DNA from: Sporopachydermia quercuum
Lineage: Eukaryota
Length of the DNA: 64,000 bases
NCBI GenBank assembly: GCA_001599295.1
Contig: BCGN01000005.1
Span: forward strand, 1 to 64,000
Direction: 5' to 3'
Position 1 is the first letter of the stretch; each line of letters starts with the position of its first letter. Shown in pieces: positions 1-12,830 of the stretch. The notes under the pieces were generated by a model. It was not told the DNA's origin. It worked only from the letters and a program-made list of their open reading frames with translations, and ran no database searches. The position numbers and the translations under genes were made by a program.

Positions 1-1
1 T

Positions 2-163
2 GACGGTTCTGGTACTGACGTAACAACATTGTTTACAAGCGTAACCGGACCAGGAAGTTCATCTACTGGAACAGTGGCAACCTATGAAGGCGGATCTTCG
101 AAACATTCTTTTAATTCTCTCACTGGTTGGATCTTAATTCTTTCCAGTATAATATTTGTTTGA
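2..163 (+). CDS. 3' end (partial) of a GPI-anchored cell-wall/surface protein
   Basis: Open frame from the window edge: DGSGTDVTTLFTSVTGPGSSSTGTVATYEGGSSKHSFNSLTGWILILSSIIFV*. It has a Ser/Thr-rich stalk, a 'TYEGG' omega-site-like motif and a hydrophobic C-terminal tail. Stop TGA at 161-163. Confidence 0.75.
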   Translation, partial: DGSGTDVTTLFTSVTGPGSSSTGTVATYEGGSSKHSFNSLTGWILILSSIIFV

Positions 164-1477
164 AGCAAGACAAAAATTGATTTTGCCCGAAAAACAATAT
201 ACCATAATAACTTTGATACTCATATTTTAGTTTTCTTATTTTCACACATTAATTCGTTTAGATACTAGGATGGACCTTTTCTTCTTTTTTAATCAAAACA
301 GATTGAATACTTTATAATTTCTATATTGGATGAGTAAAATGTAGTCATCCGTTTCAATGCTAGTAGCTCTATGTTGATTTCAATGTCCTAGTATCACATT
401 GTATTGTTCCAACCAATAATACACTCACTTTAATCAAAAGACTCTCATCTAACGACACTCAATGCTAGAGAGATCGAATAGTGAGTAAAAATAAGCAAGT
501 GAGAAATACAAGACGCAAAGAAGATGTTTAACCGGGGAAGTTCAATGCACTTTGAAGATTTTCTACATTGTCGGTTTGTAATCCATGGTCATTAATTGAA
601 CATGAACCACAAATGCCTATTGGTATTTTAATCAAAAGAAATAAACGTTAATCAAATCATGGCATCATATTAGCACAAATGTACTAACTTTGATTTTATG
701 TATCGTAAAATAAACGTTCAGCTGCCCAAACAGTGCTATTACAAAGTCGCATCAAGCAACTAATCAATTGCTCCTAGCTAACTGCAGATTCACATAATAT
801 ACATTTCTATTCTGTCAAGGTAAATTAAACAATAGACATTTATTGTTTTCCAAGATACGACGAAAATGGTTCTACGTATTCTACATCCTCCTAATTTCTT
901 CTCACGAGTTTTTTGGATTGAGGTTTTGTATTTTATGAAATTACCTTCCATATGGTGCTGACTTTCTTGAAATATGTTACAAACACAAACTTCACCACAA
1001 CTTAACCAGTATCACCCACCTTACACCAAATTCCACTATACTTTTCAAACCTTATGCAACTAATGCATTAACTTTTTAGACCCTAATAATTGATATGGCT
1101 CAAGCTGACCATGTTGTCTAAATTAGGCAAAATATAAACACTTTATTTCACTTCTCCGTTCTAGTCGTATCACGCAGTTTAGTTTGTATGTCCAATAGAC
1201 AATTATCTGCCTGTTGTTTAATTCTACATTGTTATTACCTTAATGCTTGACTCAACTTGGAACAATTTTCTTTACTTTTGACCATCTCCATAGTTTAGAA
1301 CAAATTATTATGATCAGTCCCTGGTCTATAAATCGGATTCAACACATGGTTGTTTCATTCTTTTCCTCCAAGTCATTACCCAGTTATTCGATTATCGATA
1401 TCTCTTTACAGCCTCCACTAGGACATTAAACACTTGGGATACTTTAAGNCAAATAACAAACCATTTCAATTGAAACA

Positions 1478-3340
1478 ATGACTCACTTCAAGACACAGGA
1501 ACTTGAGGATTTGTCTCAAGGTCTGAGATCTCTACAGATTCCTCAGTCACCTCCAAGACAAACAGTTCAATCATCCAATTCCTCATCTTTTCAGATTGAT
1601 CCTTTCAGAATCAGTCAGCTTATCCCCGGAGCCCAGTTAAATTGCTCTACAGGATCTCCACCCTTGAAGACGATTGCCGAGTCTTCAGGCAAGACTTCTC
1701 CTCTTTCACCTTCACGATTTTTCAAGTCAAGAAATGCAGAAAATGAATCTCCTGGCAGGAAATTAGTTCCTGGATCTCCAGAGCCTGTAAGTAACCCACA
1801 ATTTAGTCAATCACAACTACATGCGCAACAAAATCTATCTCGAGATTTCTATTCAAAGGCAAGTAATGCTCAGACTAAACGACTAGTTACTGTGGCTAAG
1901 ATGTATTTCCTGGACTTCTATTGTGACCATTTTGAGTATGTGGTATCAAGAAGTAGTAGAAACAAAACAGTCAAGGAAAGCTTGAACAAAATCTCCAATA
2001 CCACCGAAAGAGAGTTACAATGGAAAACTTACCTAACGAGAGAAAGAGTTCTGTTGAGAAAAAGAAGAGTCAAACCTAAACATAAAGATTTTACAATGAT
2101 CACTCAAGTAGGTCAAGGTGGTTATGGCCAAGTGTATCTAGCAAGAAAAAATGATACTAAAGAAGTTTGTGCGCTGAAAATTCTCAATAAGAGACTACTT
2201 ATGAAACTTGATGAAACTAATCATGTATTAACTGAGAGAGATATTTTAACCAATACAAGATCAGAATGGCTAGTTAAGTTATTATATGCCTTTCAAGATA
2301 TGAGCAATGTATACTTGGCAATGGAGTTTGTACCTGGGGGAGATTATAGAACATTACTCAACAATACAGGTACTTTGAAGCCTCATCATGCTAGGTTCTA
2401 TATCTCCGAAATGTTTGTTGCTGTCAACGAATTNCACAAATTGGGTTATACCCACCGTGATTTAAAACCAGAAAACTTTCTTTTAGATCAAGGAGGACAT
2501 ATCAAGCTAACAGATTTCGGTTTGGCAGCTGGTACTGTTTCTAATGAAAGAATTGAAAGTATGAGAATTAAACTTAACCAAGTAACTAACATTGGCCTAC
2601 AAAACAATAGTAATCCTTATGACTCATATACCAAATCTGTTACTCAACGTCAACAGATTTATCGCTCATTACGTTCGACTTATATTTCTGATGTTAACTA
2701 CGCCAATTCAGTTGTTGGCTCTCCTGATTACATGGCTTTGGAAGTACTTCTTGGAAAGAACTACAACTATACAATTGATTATTGGTCTTTAGGCTGTATG
2801 CTCTATGAAACACTAGCTGGTTTTCCACCATTCGCTGGTGAAACTCCAGAAGAAACGTATACAAATTTGAAGCAATGGAAGAAAACTCTCCAACGACCAA
2901 GATATGATGATGGTAGATTTGTTTTTAGTGACAGAACTTGGGTTTTGATAACCAAACTTATTGCTGCTGAGCCTTATAGGCTAAGAACTTTTGAATCAAT
3001 TAAAGTACAGCCTTATTTTGCTGAAGTTGATTTCAGTAACTTAAGAAACACACATCCCCCTTTTATTCCTCAACTTGATGACGAGGAAGATGCTGGTTAC
3101 TTTGATGATTTCACCAATGAGAAAGATATGGCAAAATATAAAGAAGTTATGGATAAAAGAAACCAAATTGAAAATATGGCTGATAAAGGTTTACCGTCTA
3201 GATCTTTTGTTGGCTTTACTTTCAAGCATAAAGTTACTTCCAACTATAACTTACTTAATGGGGGTCAACTTGACACTCCTTTCTCTATGAGAGGACAGGA
3301 AAGTGTGAATCCTAGGGAAATGTTTGCTACTTTGTACTAA
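1478..3340 (+). CDS. DBF2: NDR/LATS-family Ser/Thr kinase of the mitotic exit network (Dbf2/Dbf20)
   Basis: N-terminal NTR 'MYFLDFYCD...LRKRR', kinase motifs GQGGYGQV, HRDLKPEN, DFG and SVVGSPDYMA, hydrophobic motif FVGFTF. Adjacent to DRN1 as in S. cerevisiae. Confidence 0.95.
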   Translation: MTHFKTQELEDLSQGLRSLQIPQSPPRQTVQSSNSSSFQIDPFRISQLIPGAQLNCSTGSPPLKTIAESSGKTSPLSPSRFFKSRNAENESPGRKLVPGSPEPVSNPQFSQSQLHAQQNLSRDFYSKASNAQTKRLVTVAKMYFLDFYCDHFEYVVSRSSRNKTVKESLNKISNTTERELQWKTYLTRERVLLRKRRVKPKHKDFTMITQVGQGGYGQVYLARKNDTKEVCALKILNKRLLMKLDETNHVLTERDILTNTRSEWLVKLLYAFQDMSNVYLAMEFVPGGDYRTLLNNTGTLKPHHARFYISEMFVAVNEXHKLGYTHRDLKPENFLLDQGGHIKLTDFGLAAGTVSNERIESMRIKLNQVTNIGLQNNSNPYDSYTKSVTQRQQIYRSLRSTYISDVNYANSVVGSPDYMALEVLLGKNYNYTIDYWSLGCMLYETLAGFPPFAGETPEETYTNLKQWKKTLQRPRYDDGRFVFSDRTWVLITKLIAAEPYRLRTFESIKVQPYFAEVDFSNLRNTHPPFIPQLDDEEDAGYFDDFTNEKDMAKYKEVMDKRNQIENMADKGLPSRSFVGFTFKHKVTSNYNLLNGGQLDTPFSMRGQESVNPREMFATLY

Positions 3341-3851
3341 CTAGTATTTATGATTGAAAGAGGTAGCATGGTATGTATTACATAATTCAGGATATTGTTT
3401 TTGCTTGTGAACTTGAAGTTAATGATTTTTATACTGGAATATTTGGTTTATAGGTGAGAGATTTCATCTGGTTGTGTTGATTATTATTGTATGCTGTTGT
3501 GGTATATATATTTGTACAACATAGGTCATCAATGGAATATGGTATTATCTGATACTCTAATGAATTCCAAGGGATCGGTATCATGATAAGCGGTTAGAGA
3601 ATAGTATCAGTTTTTTTATATAAACGACAATTGTTTTTACCAAAACTAATCCTATTAATATTTTAGTAGTCAATAGATTATATTCTAAACACGAAAAACC
3701 AGAGCGTTAACTATTTATACCATCAACTTTTATAATAAATTGTATTATATATAGCTATCATCTACCATGAGATAGATATTGTTCTTNCCTTACTATAATG
3801 ATCTTCTGCTACAGAAAACTATCTTGTCCATCATGTTCAATCATTAAGCTG

Positions 3852-5912
3852 TTATGCACTGAAATCATATGGTTCAAATAAAGATCGGAATAGATCACGG
3901 TTTTGGGTTTCTTCTTCAACACTCTGAACACAATTTNTCCAGTCATAAACATCTTCAGACTGATTCAAAACTTTAGCAATTACTTTTCTAATAAATTTGA
4001 AATCGAAGAAGCTATCAATCAAAGATATCAGGGTAATCTCATTGTCGGTATATGTTCTAATAGTTAGNAGAATGTAGTCATCACCTTGTAGAATAGCTTC
4101 TGCTTCTTCTGGAGTAATTTGCTCGAAAACTTTATCATAAACACTATTGTTCTTACCATTACTATCACTTTTCACCATAACAAATTTGAGGCTTTTCTGT
4201 TGTTGTTGAGCCTCAATATGTTTCAAAGCTGGTATAAATTTAGCCATTAATCTATTAGATATTGTATATCCCTGAGTGATCAAATGGACACCACGTTTCC
4301 TATTAGCTTGCCAAGTAACAGTGCCATAATTGAACTTCTCATTAAACATTTGATGAATAACTTTCTCATATCGAGTCATTTCTTGCCTTACAGGCAGTTC
4401 AACTACACTTTCAATAGGGGATGTCTTTAACGATGCAAAATTAGGTGTATGAGCTATTGGTGTTACAAGAAAATCAGAAGATAACGTCCGAACGGCACTC
4501 TGAGAAGACGCTCCCTTTTCTTCAGAGTTGACTTTACTNCTAGCAATCCTAGCACTAGTTAAGGGACCCTTCTGTAGCGCAACATAAACATGTTCACCAA
4601 TACTCAGTAATAAATGTTTCTCAACATTAGGATTTGATAAACAGAAAAAGCACTCTTGAGGCGCAACTGTCACCTTTTTCCGTTTTTTATTTCTTTCAAG
4701 CTCATTATGAGTATTTCTTTTGTTGTGTCTATCGTTGGTATCAAATCTACTATTCTTTTGAATATTTTCGTAAACGTCAGGTTTCTTTTCAACAAAAGGA
4801 TTATTCAATTCCAATTGATCTTGGTCATCAGCTTCGTCTTTTACAAATGGTACATCTAAATTGAAAGCTGCTGCCCATTTGTCTTTTCCACCAATTTTTC
4901 CTATACTTATAAATCGAGTAACCCGTGTAGTTGCGGCTTCTGGCCAAGTAAAATGTTTCCTAGTGAAATAACAGCCTTTAGAAGAACCAACTGAAAAACA
5001 GTACCTAGGTTTCGTCGATTTAATTATTCGATCAAGAAAAGGATCATATTTTAATGAATTTTGTTCACACAACTGTGTTTCTTCTTTCAGAAATACCTCT
5101 GGCCATTGATAAGTAACTAGAATGTCTAATTGATGATTAGAGAATTGTTTCAAAATTGTCGCCTTAGAGGTTTCGTTAATATCCGCTGACAAAAACCCAA
5201 TTAATGCACCATTTTTTAGTTTTATCACACCAAAATCTCCTGCGGAAATTATGTTGGAGTCTCCTTGTTGTAGGGTTGAAATATTCAAACCAGGAATACT
5301 ATCAACAACTGGGTCGATTCCTTTAGTGAAAAATAGTTTTGTAGGACCTTGCTCAAAAGTTTTAAGAACTGAGACTACTTTTTCATTGAATTCTGAACTT
5401 TGATTCAGTTCATTAAACTTTCCAACAGAGAATGGATCTCCAAGTAGAATTATAACATCAAAGCTATTTGATTTCTCATTCAAAGCTTGGACCTTTGAAA
5501 GAGAAATCTGTAAAGAGGCGACGTCTAGATTAGCAACTAAACTTATGATTATGAATCAGTTAGTATTCTGATGACAAAAATAGAGTCTTGGACAAATGTG
5601 GTCAATAAATGTAGAGCGCCGATAAAAAGATAGAAATTTCTGTTGTAATGATTAATTGGTTTCCATGAGAATCACTCTTATATCGATAGTAGATCATACA
5701 ATGGAACATTCTGAATTCATTGGAATGAGTTATCATCTTTGATGAAAATATCGAAATTCGAGTAACAAAAATTGTGCAAATAAATGGGCAGATTTAATAA
5801 CATCTTATCTCCTTATTCATTAACAAAATATTCCAATAATTAACCATGATCGAGGTATTCATTCCACAACGATTCATGGTGGGTGTAAGAAACTTTATAC
5901 ATACAACCTCAT
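3852..5912 (-). CDS. DRN1: CwfJ/CWF19L1-family debranching-enzyme-associated protein; 2 exons (5912-5905, 5541-3852)
   Basis: CwfJ motif CFFCLSNPNVEKHL. Proposed exon 1 is ATGAGGTT followed by GTATGT at 5904; branch TACTAAC at 5565-5559; acceptor AAG at 5544-5542. The spliced N-terminus MRFLVANLDVASLQISLSKVQALNEKSNSFDVII resembles the Drn1 N-terminus. Exon 1 is less certain than the gene call. Confidence 0.85.
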
Positions 5913-6352
5913 ATTAGTTTCAAATCTAGAACCAAAGTAATTTCGATCGGAGTAATTGCTGGCGTTGAAACGTATTTTCTTCGAGATCCAAGCAAGGCAT
6001 TCCGTTGAGAATTCNATCGTTTCCCATTCATTATATGATTGATAGGAAGGAGAGAGAAAAGAAACCCAAATCAAGAATTGTAAACTGAGCGAAAGACAAT
6101 TTCAGCACGTGAATGCAATTTATCTTTGAGATGAGATATCATGTCAATTAATAGAATTATCTGGTACGTAANTAGGAATTTAACAAAGATAGGTGCTCAT
6201 GTAATCAGAAAATGCTAATTTATCCTGATTACATCATCATATATACATATTATACTATAGTTGAAGGGAAACAACTATTCACTAAGACCTAATTACAAAG
6301 ATATGGCATATGGAGTATCGCCATTTCCTATCCTTAATTGATATCCCATACG

Positions 6353-9300
6353 TCAACTTAGCAGCAAATTCATTTCCCAATCATGCGTGACATTCACCCA
6401 GTCGCAGTTCTCTTCATCTGCTTGTCTCCGTTTCCATACTTCTTCGATAACCTGCCTGGCTCCCCAGTAAGTACCTAATCCTTCACTACTTAACAGTCTC
6501 AACCATTCCTTGAATCCTTGTTGAATATCATCATCAATTGCTTCACAGGCAGCAATAAAACCCGGCCATAACAAAGGCGTAGCTATAGTTATTTTGGCCT
6601 CGACCATTTTCTGAAATTTGAGCAAATGACGTAAACATTCCCGGACATTGGTTTGTAGCATCATTGAATGAACTTGTCTCACTTGTCTAAAAAAGTATAT
6701 TATTAATGCATGATAGAATGACATTGCATGATGATATAGAACTTCATTCGTAGGACTAGAAAATTCTCTTGGTTCGTTTTTCTTTCTTCCATCAGATGAA
6801 GATACAGTCACTGGCGTACATGTATTACTACCATCACCACCGACAAGATTGCCACGTCCCTTAACATTATTACTAACATTACCTTTATCAATGCTTTCAC
6901 CATTGCCATCAATATCATTACCATTATTCTTATCAAACAAACTCCTCTTAGGCTCAAATATCTTACGATCAAGTTTCCAGTTCAAAAGCTCTTTCTCTAG
7001 TTCATTACACTTTTGGTTGAATCTCTTTGGTAAAGTATCCTTTGATCTGTAATAAATAGAATGTCTCACCAATCCTGTAAGTTGTCTGAAGAGTACTAAC
7101 AATGACATTGGAAGTCCATAGAACACGTCTGTAGAAATAGGATCTTCCATTGGCGTTCTATCACCATGTACTGGTATTAAGAAATTTCTATCTGATAATG
7201 ATTCGTTGATCCAAAGTGTGGAAGGCGAAAGCTCATGTCTTTTCTTATAAATCTGATAACTAGATCCAGATCCAATACCTGCTTCTGAAGAGGTAGAAGT
7301 TGAGGTTGAGGCAGTTGAAGCAACTGAAACAGCTTCATTGGGCAAAATGCCGTCATTCGTAACATTATAAGATGACGACGTAGTAGCAGTAGATGAATCG
7401 GCATTAGTATCAGCAATAGTATTGGAATTAGAATTGTTACTATTACTAATACTATCCTTACCGCTCGCTTTCTTATTACTATCACTACTATTACCGCTGC
7501 TATTACTACCACTACCAACGCCATTATTACTATTCTCACTCTCATCATCCTCATACAACCTACCATCGATCTTTTCTTTAATATTATCAACATCCAAATC
7601 AGTACTTTCTTCCAAAAGTCTTAGAAATGAAAATATCCTATGCAGAATTAAAGCCTTCTGACTTAAAGGTCTACCAGAGTTCTCCCTTGCTTCTACAAAT
7701 GATTCACAAGCTCCCAAATAAATTCTGCAATCACTCATAGTTCCCCATACAACATCCATAGTAACCATACATAATGCTGCTGTCAACACATCTTTATATT
7801 TGTCTTCAGACAAATCCTGCATCAAGCAATCTTTCAAATGACTTGTTGCTTGAGATCTTAGTTGGATTCCTAAGTTCAGGTAATGTAACATCCGTTCCGA
7901 ACCTCTTTGATACTTCGATTGAAGATTGAACGAAGCAATGGCCATTACGCCATTCAAAATAGCGTTTTTAGAAGAACTAGTTAACCCTTTACATACTAAT
8001 TCACCCATTGCATGAACTGCCCGGAAATGATGGATTTTCCTCCAAGGATTATAGGGAATCTGAACAACAGACATCAAACTGCAGATTGTAGTATAATAGT
8101 AATGCAGCAAAGCTCTTGCTTCAGAGCCAACAACAATAGCTAAGGGTGTATTTGGAATTGTATTACAATTATCAACAGTCGTATTGCTATTACTACTGTT
8201 TTTATTGGTATTGTTGTTGTTCATTACACTGCTGACACCTTCTTCGAAAGAACTATGTTGAAGCAGAGATTCAGGAATAACAGAAGCAATTGTCGATAGA
8301 ACATTGCTAGTATTTCTGTTTGGTAGTTTAGGTAGAATATGAGGAGGAGCAGGTTTGAGTACCTGGTATTTGGTATCAACGGATGCATTCAATTCACTGC
8401 TTTGCTTGACATTTGGTGTTTGTGCATCAATATCTGTTTGAATATCTGTTTGGACAACTGGCAGATGTTCACCGTATTGCACTATTTCTTCAGCTTCAAG
8501 GGTTTCCTCTTGCAGTTGTAAATGTTGCAGATGCTGTGATGTATGTTGGGTTTGAGTATGAGCATGAGTACGAGTATGAGAATGAGAATGGGCATGAGAA
8601 CCGGCTTGTAGGTGTCCATGATGGCGATGTTGTTGCTGGTTATCCTTTAGTTGATGTGTATGTCCTTGTAAAGCTGTTTCCTTACCATGGTGAGCATCCT
8701 GCGTATTGTTATTGCCATATTGATCAACCATCATACTGTCACTATCANGATTCAACCCTTTGAAATAAGTCTCATGAGAGTTCAACACACTGTCTGAAGG
8801 NAAAAACCCATTATCAAGGAAAGAAGATAACGATAAAGCTGTTGCAGGATCAAATACCATGTTTAGATTAGATGATAACAAATTAGGTGTCCTTGGAACA
8901 TCTAATAAAGGATTGAACATTTTATTAGCAACCACAAGATTATTATCAACTAATGTAGACGATCCTGTTATTTCATTAGAAGTATGACTGGTGAAACCAA
9001 ATGGATTATTGTTAGAGAATTCAATAAGAAATGTATCAGGAATAGGAAGATTGTCTTGATTTTGATCAAAATCACGTAAAGAAGAAGTAGAGGAAGGTGT
9101 CAAATGTGCTGCAGGTTTTGGAGATTCTTGAGACTGTGGTTGATTATAACCTGTTGATCCGTTACTTATTAATCTCGGTCGTTGTCTGTATGGTTCACCA
9201 GATGATGTTCCAACACTTGTACTAAACGGTGAGACTNCTTGTGATTTTACTTCTGATGGTGATCCAATGCTGCCAACACTGTGGGTATCAGAACTAGAAC

Positions 9301-10042
9301 TAATGCTATGTCTACTGTTATTGCTTCTTCTATAGCGATGTCTTTTCCCAGTGTTGATTCCCTTGAAAACGCCAAAAGGACCCAGCACCATTGTTTCCTT
9401 ATCACGTAACGATTCACCGGGAGAATGAAGAGTGTTTAGATCTCTGTCCATATCTTCATAAACACTGTACTTCATATGAGGAGGATACTCCACAAAATCA
9501 ATGGTTCTTCTTTGGAAATATTGTTCTTTACTGGCTTCCNTTCCTGATTTATTACCTGTAGACTCTTTGGGTATGCCATTATCATTATTATTAGTACCGA
9601 AGTTTCCACCAACACTGCTAGACGTACCAGACGCCAGGGAAGAAGATCCTGTAGCATAAGAAGAGTTTCCAGTGGTGTTCTCTGCTCCGGAAGCTGATCC
9701 GTCCTGTTTGAGCTTACCATTGCTGTTATAACTGCTGTTTGAATTATCGTCAGGGTTATACGCAGTAGAAGAGCTTTCCTTAGAAAACTGAATTTTGTTC
9801 TTAGTGATTTCAGCAAATGACTGTAGAGAAGTGCCGCTTTTATTGCCAGGTTTCAAATTTTCAAGTGGATCATTATTCAATTTCAAAGGGGTTGACCAAA
9901 TGAGCTTTATATCATAGCCTGCACATTTTATTCCGGCTTTGATACATCTTTGGCATGCCGGTCTTTTCAAATCACAACGAATTTTCCGCGTTCGACAGGT
10001 CCAACAGCCCGTGAATGTTTTTCTTCGTTTAGCTGTTGACAT
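6353..10042 (-). CDS. ARG81: Zn2Cys6 transcription factor, arginine-metabolism regulator ArgRII
   Basis: KTFTGCWTCRTRKIRCDLKRPACQRC...CAGYDIKLIWS zinc cluster typical of Arg81, plus a C-terminal fungal TF domain ending WEMNLLLS. Divergent from TAF13, as in S. cerevisiae. Confidence 0.9.
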   Translation of the reverse strand: MSTAKRRKTFTGCWTCRTRKIRCDLKRPACQRCIKAGIKCAGYDIKLIWSTPLKLNNDPLENLKPGNKSGTSLQSFAEITKNKIQFSKESSSTAYNPDDNSNSSYNSNGKLKQDGSASGAENTTGNSSYATGSSSLASGTSSSVGGNFGTNNNDNGIPKESTGNKSGXEASKEQYFQRRTIDFVEYPPHMKYSVYEDMDRDLNTLHSPGESLRDKETMVLGPFGVFKGINTGKRHRYRRSNNSRHSISSSSDTHSVGSIGSPSEVKSQXVSPFSTSVGTSSGEPYRQRPRLISNGSTGYNQPQSQESPKPAAHLTPSSTSSLRDFDQNQDNLPIPDTFLIEFSNNNPFGFTSHTSNEITGSSTLVDNNLVVANKMFNPLLDVPRTPNLLSSNLNMVFDPATALSLSSFLDNGFXPSDSVLNSHETYFKGLNXDSDSMMVDQYGNNNTQDAHHGKETALQGHTHQLKDNQQQHRHHGHLQAGSHAHSHSHTRTHAHTQTQHTSQHLQHLQLQEETLEAEEIVQYGEHLPVVQTDIQTDIDAQTPNVKQSSELNASVDTKYQVLKPAPPHILPKLPNRNTSNVLSTIASVIPESLLQHSSFEEGVSSVMNNNNTNKNSSNSNTTVDNCNTIPNTPLAIVVGSEARALLHYYYTTICSLMSVVQIPYNPWRKIHHFRAVHAMGELVCKGLTSSSKNAILNGVMAIASFNLQSKYQRGSERMLHYLNLGIQLRSQATSHLKDCLMQDLSEDKYKDVLTAALCMVTMDVVWGTMSDCRIYLGACESFVEARENSGRPLSQKALILHRIFSFLRLLEESTDLDVDNIKEKIDGRLYEDDESENSNNGVGSGSNSSGNSSDSNKKASGKDSISNSNNSNSNTIADTNADSSTATTSSSYNVTNDGILPNEAVSVASTASTSTSTSSEAGIGSGSSYQIYKKRHELSPSTLWINESLSDRNFLIPVHGDRTPMEDPISTDVFYGLPMSLLVLFRQLTGLVRHSIYYRSKDTLPKRFNQKCNELEKELLNWKLDRKIFEPKRSLFDKNNGNDIDGNGESIDKGNVSNNVKGRGNLVGGDGSNTCTPVTVSSSDGRKKNEPREFSSPTNEVLYHHAMSFYHALIIYFFRQVRQVHSMMLQTNVRECLRHLLKFQKMVEAKITIATPLLWPGFIAACEAIDDDIQQGFKEWLRLLSSEGLGTYWGARQVIEEVWKRRQADEENCDWVNVTHDWEMNLLLS

Positions 10043-11333
10043 TATTTTTATGCGTATAAAATTAGATTGTCATTGAAATGNAATAGTATGATGGAAATGT
10101 AGTGTAATGTTGATTATATGGCATGAAGTTTCAAGTGTTCTACAACGTATTAAGTATCGTCGAACAGATTGAGAATGGGCAAAAATATACGCTTCCTCTT
10201 TGATGCAGTAAAGCATAAGCTGCAGAGGGTTCTACTGAAAGACAACACTTGATGTAGTTAATGTGTAAGTAACGTTGAAAGATAATACAACTGGGTAGCA
10301 CTTAGTCGTACAACGGAACACAAACTGTTACTGGAGAGACAACGTCAATGAACCGGACACAATCGACGACTACGCTCTTATGGCGGAAGACAGGAGGAAA
10401 CACTTGATTGAATCTATTTCAATGAATGATAATAATATATGAGTTATCATTGCCATACAGAACCCATTCAAATGCACGGATAAGAGCAAAAAAGCAAAAA
10501 CAGGAAAAGAAGCAAGAACAAAAATAAANAATAATACGAACATGTGATTTCATAAAGTTAAAGTTTGAGAATATATGCAAGAACATGCAGGTATTCTTCC
10601 TAAGAGAAAGAGCACTATCAAGTGATTGGACTGATAGACACTAGGATAGGATAATTCTGATCACATTACTATTATATTGAAAATATTGGGATGATTGATA
10701 AAATTCAGTAGTTTCAAGAAGATGCCAAAATAAGAATCATCAATAGAGAAAATTCAGATAGGGTTGGTGGCTGCGCTACTAGAGGATCAAGATATAAACC
10801 TAAAGTTGGAATTGTTCCGTTGAGAATGAGAATTACTGAAATCTTATATTTATTTGTCAAGAGTATTTGGAGATCTCAAGATTTTAGTCGCATACTTCAA
10901 TCAACCAGTCCAGTATCCNGTATCCACATCTCACACATCATTCACCAGTAATCTTGCCCTTAAAATAAGGATATGCTTCTTTCGTAGAAGGCTTCTTTTC
11001 CTTCCTAAAACAAACACTCATGCATATATATGCATATATGCATTGCATTACATATTTCTGCATTTTCGTCTACTAACATTTATTGTAGAACGTTACCAAT
11101 AATCTATCAATATTGTGCTTTAGTTGTTGCCTATTGATAATGATATTCCAATGGCAAATACAGTAACCGTACTATATTTTCCTCCACATTTCGAATTCTG
11201 TATAATAGATCTTCCCTATTAACCTTTGAGACTCAGCTGATACTCAACACAAGTAGTTAAGGTACATACTGATAACATTAACATTAACACCATCTCTGTT
11301 CATCTATTCATATGAACCAGTATCTCAGTTAAA

Positions 11334-11882
11334 ATGTCAGAATCCAAAGATAAACACGAATCAAACAACAACCTTCATGCATATCAGCAACCGGGCTTAT
11401 CAAGGAAACGTTCACGGTTCAATCTTTTCACTAATGATGTTCGTTCCTTACTATATGCTCATGGTGATGTATCTGATCCTTTACCGGAGACTGTAAGAGC
11501 TGTGGAAGATATACTAACAAACTACATAACGGACATCTGTCATGAAGCTGCGCGTGTTTCTAAAACTGCCAATAGACAAAAAATCAAAGTTGATGATTTC
11601 AGATTTGCTGTTAGGAAAGATGGTGTCAAACTGTATAGGATAGATCAGCTGCTGGCTTTACAGAAAGAGATTACTGAAGCACGGAAAACATTCGATAACA
11701 GCGAAGGGAAGAATTTGAAGAATTTTGCAGGAGGTGACGATGAGGAAAACGAAGATGATAACGAAGGAGAAGGAAAGGGAGAAGGAAAGGGAAAAGGAGC
11801 AGAAGTTATAAATACAACAGGATTAGCGTTACCAACCAAAAGAAGGAAAGGAAATAAGGATAAGGAAAAGGATAGGGATTAA
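11334..11882 (+). CDS. TAF13: TFIID subunit 13 (histone fold)
   Basis: LFTNDVRSLLYAHGD...KIKVDDFRFAVRKD signature. Confidence 0.95.
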   Translation: MSESKDKHESNNNLHAYQQPGLSRKRSRFNLFTNDVRSLLYAHGDVSDPLPETVRAVEDILTNYITDICHEAARVSKTANRQKIKVDDFRFAVRKDGVKLYRIDQLLALQKEITEARKTFDNSEGKNLKNFAGGDDEENEDDNEGEGKGEGKGKGAEVINTTGLALPTKRRKGNKDKEKDRD

Positions 11883-12830
11883 ATAAGAAATTAACTGTTG
11901 GAAGCTTGTAAGAAAGAAAATGCAATATGAGGGATAATTGACTTCGGTGCAAAGTGAATAACTATCAATCTTGAAGATACTGTTGATTCGTCATAACAAA
12001 CTGATCATATATGTATGAAGTAATGCATGCAAAAGATTTGTTTCCTATGATAGTGATGACTATCTATCATTGTGAAGACGCAATGCGCTGGTTTCTGGAG
12101 AAAAAGTGTACAAGTAATCAGAGATATATCAACAAAAAAAGTTTGACAATTATAAACAGAATGAACCATCAGACCAATCAGGTTTATTCGTATACTGACC
12201 ATTGACCGTGGAACGTCCCAGATATTGAAGACTTCTTTACTGAAATTACGGTCTTGGAACTCGAAATCAACACACACGAAAGATTACCTATCGTCTCTGG
12301 AGTGGGTACTACCGAATAAACGAAACGTGCTTAAAAGAGAATTCAGTCAATGGATAGATAACAAAAATGTAGCACATAACATACGATGATCTTTCAAATT
12401 AGATTATCAGTTTCTATTCTAAATAATCACTATTTATATGATTATCATATGTACTCAACTACTATAAACATAATCTTAGCATTTGCTAAGATATTATCAC
12501 TTTATAATTATTACTTCCTATTTCAGTAAATCCTCAAATATAGCTCAAGTAACAAACACACGATATGTGTCAGTAACCAACATGATATTTTACTCCAATT
12601 CCCATAATAAAACTTCCCATCATAAGGTTATAACTTGTCCTTTTCCCTATCACTTATTTATATTCTAAAAGAGATTAAAAGGGTATTCTCAATAGTCAAA
12701 CAAGATATCTGCGGATCATTGATAATCGACTGATGTCAAAAATCAACATCAATGCCCAACTCAGCTTGTTTTTTTTTTTGCTTTTCTATTGTTCTATAAA
12801 AATTAATTTGAATAACAAACTAATTGGCTT

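Noticed and set aside
12005..12400. Protein-like short frames between TAF13 and ERO1
   Set aside because: No convincing start or splice structure and no recognisable family.
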